A stretch of 63,943 nucleotides of DNA, the filler included, from Octopus bimaculoides (taxonomy: Eukaryota), in assembly GCF_001194135.2 (NCBI RefSeq). It is 7 parts of 6 records of this genome, joined end to end, with 100 filler letters (N's around TTAATTAATTAA, not from the genome) between each part and the next. Parts side by side here need not be neighbours in the genome. Positions count along the whole stretch, not along the records: positions 56,763 to 62,826 come from NC_068985.1; positions 62,927 to 63,943 come from NC_068984.1; 5 more parts are not named here. One strand, given 5' to 3'. How positions within the stretch are numbered: position 1 is the first letter of the stretch; each line of letters opens with the position of its first letter. Below the pieces are notes generated by a model. The model was not told the origin of the DNA and did no database searches. It worked only from the letters and a program-made list of their open reading frames with translations. Shown piece by piece: positions 61,307 through 63,943 of the stretch. The translations under genes were made by a program, and so were the position numbers.

Positions 61307-61942
61307 TGTGTGTGTGTGTAATAGTCATATATATTTTTACAGTAACTAAAAGTTTCACCTGTGATCGTTTTCGTTAAAGTGAATCCTCTTGTTATACCTA
61401 CTATTTATAACCTCGCGGCCCCTTGTGCACGTGGTATAAGTACCAAGTAGACGGATTTAATAGACTTTTAGATTAAGTCGAATTTGTAGATATGTAAAAT
61501 CGGATTAAGAAGATTTTTTAATAACTGGATCAAGACGTTTTGTGTTGGTGGAAAGAATTTTGTGGGAGTGTGAATGTCAGGACGGGTGAGTTTGGTGAAG
61601 GCCAAAACAGAATGCTATGTGGATGGGTGGAGGGGGGGATTCACAAGAATTAAATGTATGTTAGTAGAGAAAATTGAGCCGATTAAAAGCATTTTTGAGT
61701 GGAACAATGTTGAGGTTTTAGAGAATTTTTCAAACCATATCGGCATACTTACGTATATACACACGGTTGGTTTATGCATACACACACATACACACAAACG
61801 TTTAAATGTATATAGACATGTAGACGGATAGATAGACAGACTAAAACACGCACACATGTATACGTATACTTAAACACAGGTATATGTATGTACTCGTGTG
61901 CGTGTGTATTTGTGTATGTGTGTACATGTATGTATAGTTTAC

Positions 61943-62017
<75 letters not shown>

Positions 62018-62584
62018 AGAGAGAGAGAGAGATGTACATGTATGGATGCCCATATATAGACATATGTATGTGTATCTGTGTGCGTTTGTATACATACTCA
62101 TATACACATTGATTCTTCTAGTTTGGTTTCAAAATCTATTACGCTACCATATCAGGACCTATTTTACATAGGGCTATATACCCTTTTGCACATATAAAAA
62201 AAGATCTCTGGTTTGAATACTATACGCCCGGGCGCCTCTTTTATTTTATAACTCCTAGTAAGTCACAAAAACGCAGCGAAACACTTTGATGTCATCATGG
62301 GATCAAAAGGTTCTTTCAAGATTTGCGACTTTACTGGTCTTCATATGTTATCGGTTCTACATACAAAATACCTTTTTAATTCAAGTGAATTTTATGCAGA
62401 CTAAGACTTGTACTTTCTTCAGAACTTTAGTCTGTAGCAGATTAATTTAGAAAAAATCTATTTTTTACGAAGTTATCCAGTTCAGTAGAAACACAAGAGA
62501 AAACAGTCACTTTTCTAGACGTGAATTTAATTTAGATATTTCTTTGTATAAATCTTTAAAATGGCTAGTATCAATAACGCTTTC

Positions 62585-62790
62585 TACTATTGGCACGGGG
62601 CCAGCAACTTTGGGCGAGGCGTTAGTCCATTATATTGACTCAACAATTTAACTGGTATTATTTCATCGACCTCGAAAGGATGAAAGGCAAAAGTCGACCT
62701 TGATGTAATTTGTATTCAGAACGTAAAACCGGAAAAGATGGTGCTAAGCATTTTATCCGAAGCGCTAAAGATTCTGCCTGCTCGCCGCCT
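62585..62790 (-). mobile_element. Family A SINE
   Basis: TTCATCGACCTCGAAAGGATGAAAGGCAAAAGTCGACCTTGATGTAATTTGTATTCAGAACGTAAAA...GCTAAGCATTTT...TTCTGCCTGCTCGCCGCCTT. Confidence 0.7.
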
Positions 62791-62826
62791 TAATATAATG
62801 TTCTAATACATACCTATATTCCCCAA

Positions 62827-62926
62827 NNNNNNNNNNNNNNNNNNNNNNNNNNNNNNNNNNNNNNNNNNNNTTAATTAATTAANNNNNNNNNNNNNNNNNN
62901 NNNNNNNNNNNNNNNNNNNNNNNNNN
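62827..62926. other. Artificial 100-bp scaffold spacer
   Basis: 44N-TTAATTAATTAA(62871-62882)-44N. Confidence 0.95.
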
Positions 62927-63711
62927 CCCCCCCCCCCAGAAATTTCAGGCCTTGTGCCTTTAAAAGAAAGGATTATTATTATTAGTATTGTGTTGCTCAA
63001 ATAGTACGAATTTCTTAAAATTTCTTGTCAGTGGTAATCATGTACAACATTATTCCTTTTTTTTTTCTTTTTTTTTTCTTTTAGACATCACCAACATGTC
63101 ATAATCTGAAATGGGTTGATTAAACATATAATGAAGCGAGACATTTCTTATAAATTGGAAATAATTATTCACTTAAACGGGCAAATGACGAATGTCCTAA
63201 AAGCAGAAGTGAAACGAAGTTCCTTTGTCTGGCTGAAATGATAATTTTCTGGGTGATAAGTGAAACGTACCACAAGTGAAACTGTAAGGTGTAGTATGAA
63301 ACTAAACAAACGCCAAATATATAATTCTATTTACGTTATATGTATAAAGTATTAGATGAAATGCAAATAGGTAAGGTCGTGTTTAGACATGAATCACTCC
63401 GCGTGATTTCACGTTTTTATAGGTAGAACTATATTTGTATTATTTTAAAATCTGAAATACTCCCGAGCAATGTGTGTGTCTCTGTATTTGTGTCTATGCA
63501 GATGTGTCTTCTGTCTATCTATCTATCTATCTACCTACCTATCTACCTATCTGTCTGTCTGTCTGTCTATTCATCTATCTATGTGTACGTATATATACAT
63601 GTGCGAAGGTGTGCATGCATGTGCTCGTGGTGGTGGGGGTGGTGAGCAAAAACAACCATGCACAAGATGTTGTTGTTGGCACTCCGTCGTTTACGACGTC
63701 GAGGGTTCCAG

Positions 63712-63943
63712 TTGATCCAATCAACGGAACAGCCTGCTCGTGAAATTAACGTGCAAGTGGCTGAGCACTCCACAGACACGTGTACCCTTAACGTAGTTCC
63801 CGGGGATATTCAGCGTGACACAGTGTGACAAGGCTGGCCCTTTGAAATACTGGTACAATAGAAACAGGAAGAAAGAGTGAGAGAAAGTTGTGGTGAAAGA
63901 GTACAGCAGGGTTCGCCACCATCCCCTGCCGGAGCCTCGTGGA
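63712..63943 (-). mobile_element. SINE 3' portion (same tail as 58060-58130)
   Basis: GGAACAGCCTGCTCGTGAAATTAACGTGCAAGTGGCTGAGCACTCCACAGACACGTGTACCCTTAACGTAG is the reverse complement of that tail. Confidence 0.7.

Noticed and set aside
7943-62882. TTAATTAATTAA recurring six times as a possible biological motif or CRISPR-like repeat
   Set aside because: It is always centred in exactly 44 N on each side, so it is an assembly linker; there are no unique spacers or cas genes.
1697-63779. Dozens of ORFs made of CVCV, HTHT, YIYI, LSLS, NNNN, YYYY or X runs
   Set aside because: They are translations of microsatellites and N-gaps, with no splice context or domain signal.

Overview
This is animal genomic DNA, not prokaryotic. 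It is AT-rich, full of microsatellites and gaps, and its SINE/LINE complement points to an octopus (coleoid cephalopod) draft assembly; the taxon is an inference. Six identical 100-bp spacers (44 N + TTAATTAATTAA + 44 N) split the window into seven pieces (1-7898, 7999-34513, 34614-42134, 42235-45114, 45215-56662, 56763-62826, 62927-63943), so adjacency across spacers is unproven. Host-gene content I can support: four consecutive phase-compatible minus-strand exons of an LRRC71-like gene (40808 to 35363) and one plus-strand internal exon of an SLC33A1-like acetyl-CoA transporter (42852-43033). The rest is microsatellite, N-gap or decayed mobile DNA: tRNA-derived SINEs (one family with a built-in microsatellite), several Penelope-like element (PLE) fragments (one ending in a near-canonical type I hammerhead ribozyme), RTE, CR1, R4/Dong and L1/Tx1-like LINE pieces, a Helitron remnant, Tc1/mariner remnants and several long hairpins. 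Nearly all ORFs in the supplied track are microsatellite or gap artefacts. I found no CRISPR, rRNA or tRNA genes and no convincing wholly new system. The best leads are the microsatellite-carrying SINE, the PLE hammerhead and inversions, an apparently ORF1-only retroelement, and the apparent LRRC71/SLC33A1 head-to-head overlap, which may be an artefact. Family assignments come from remembered motifs, not database searches, and repeat boundaries are approximate.
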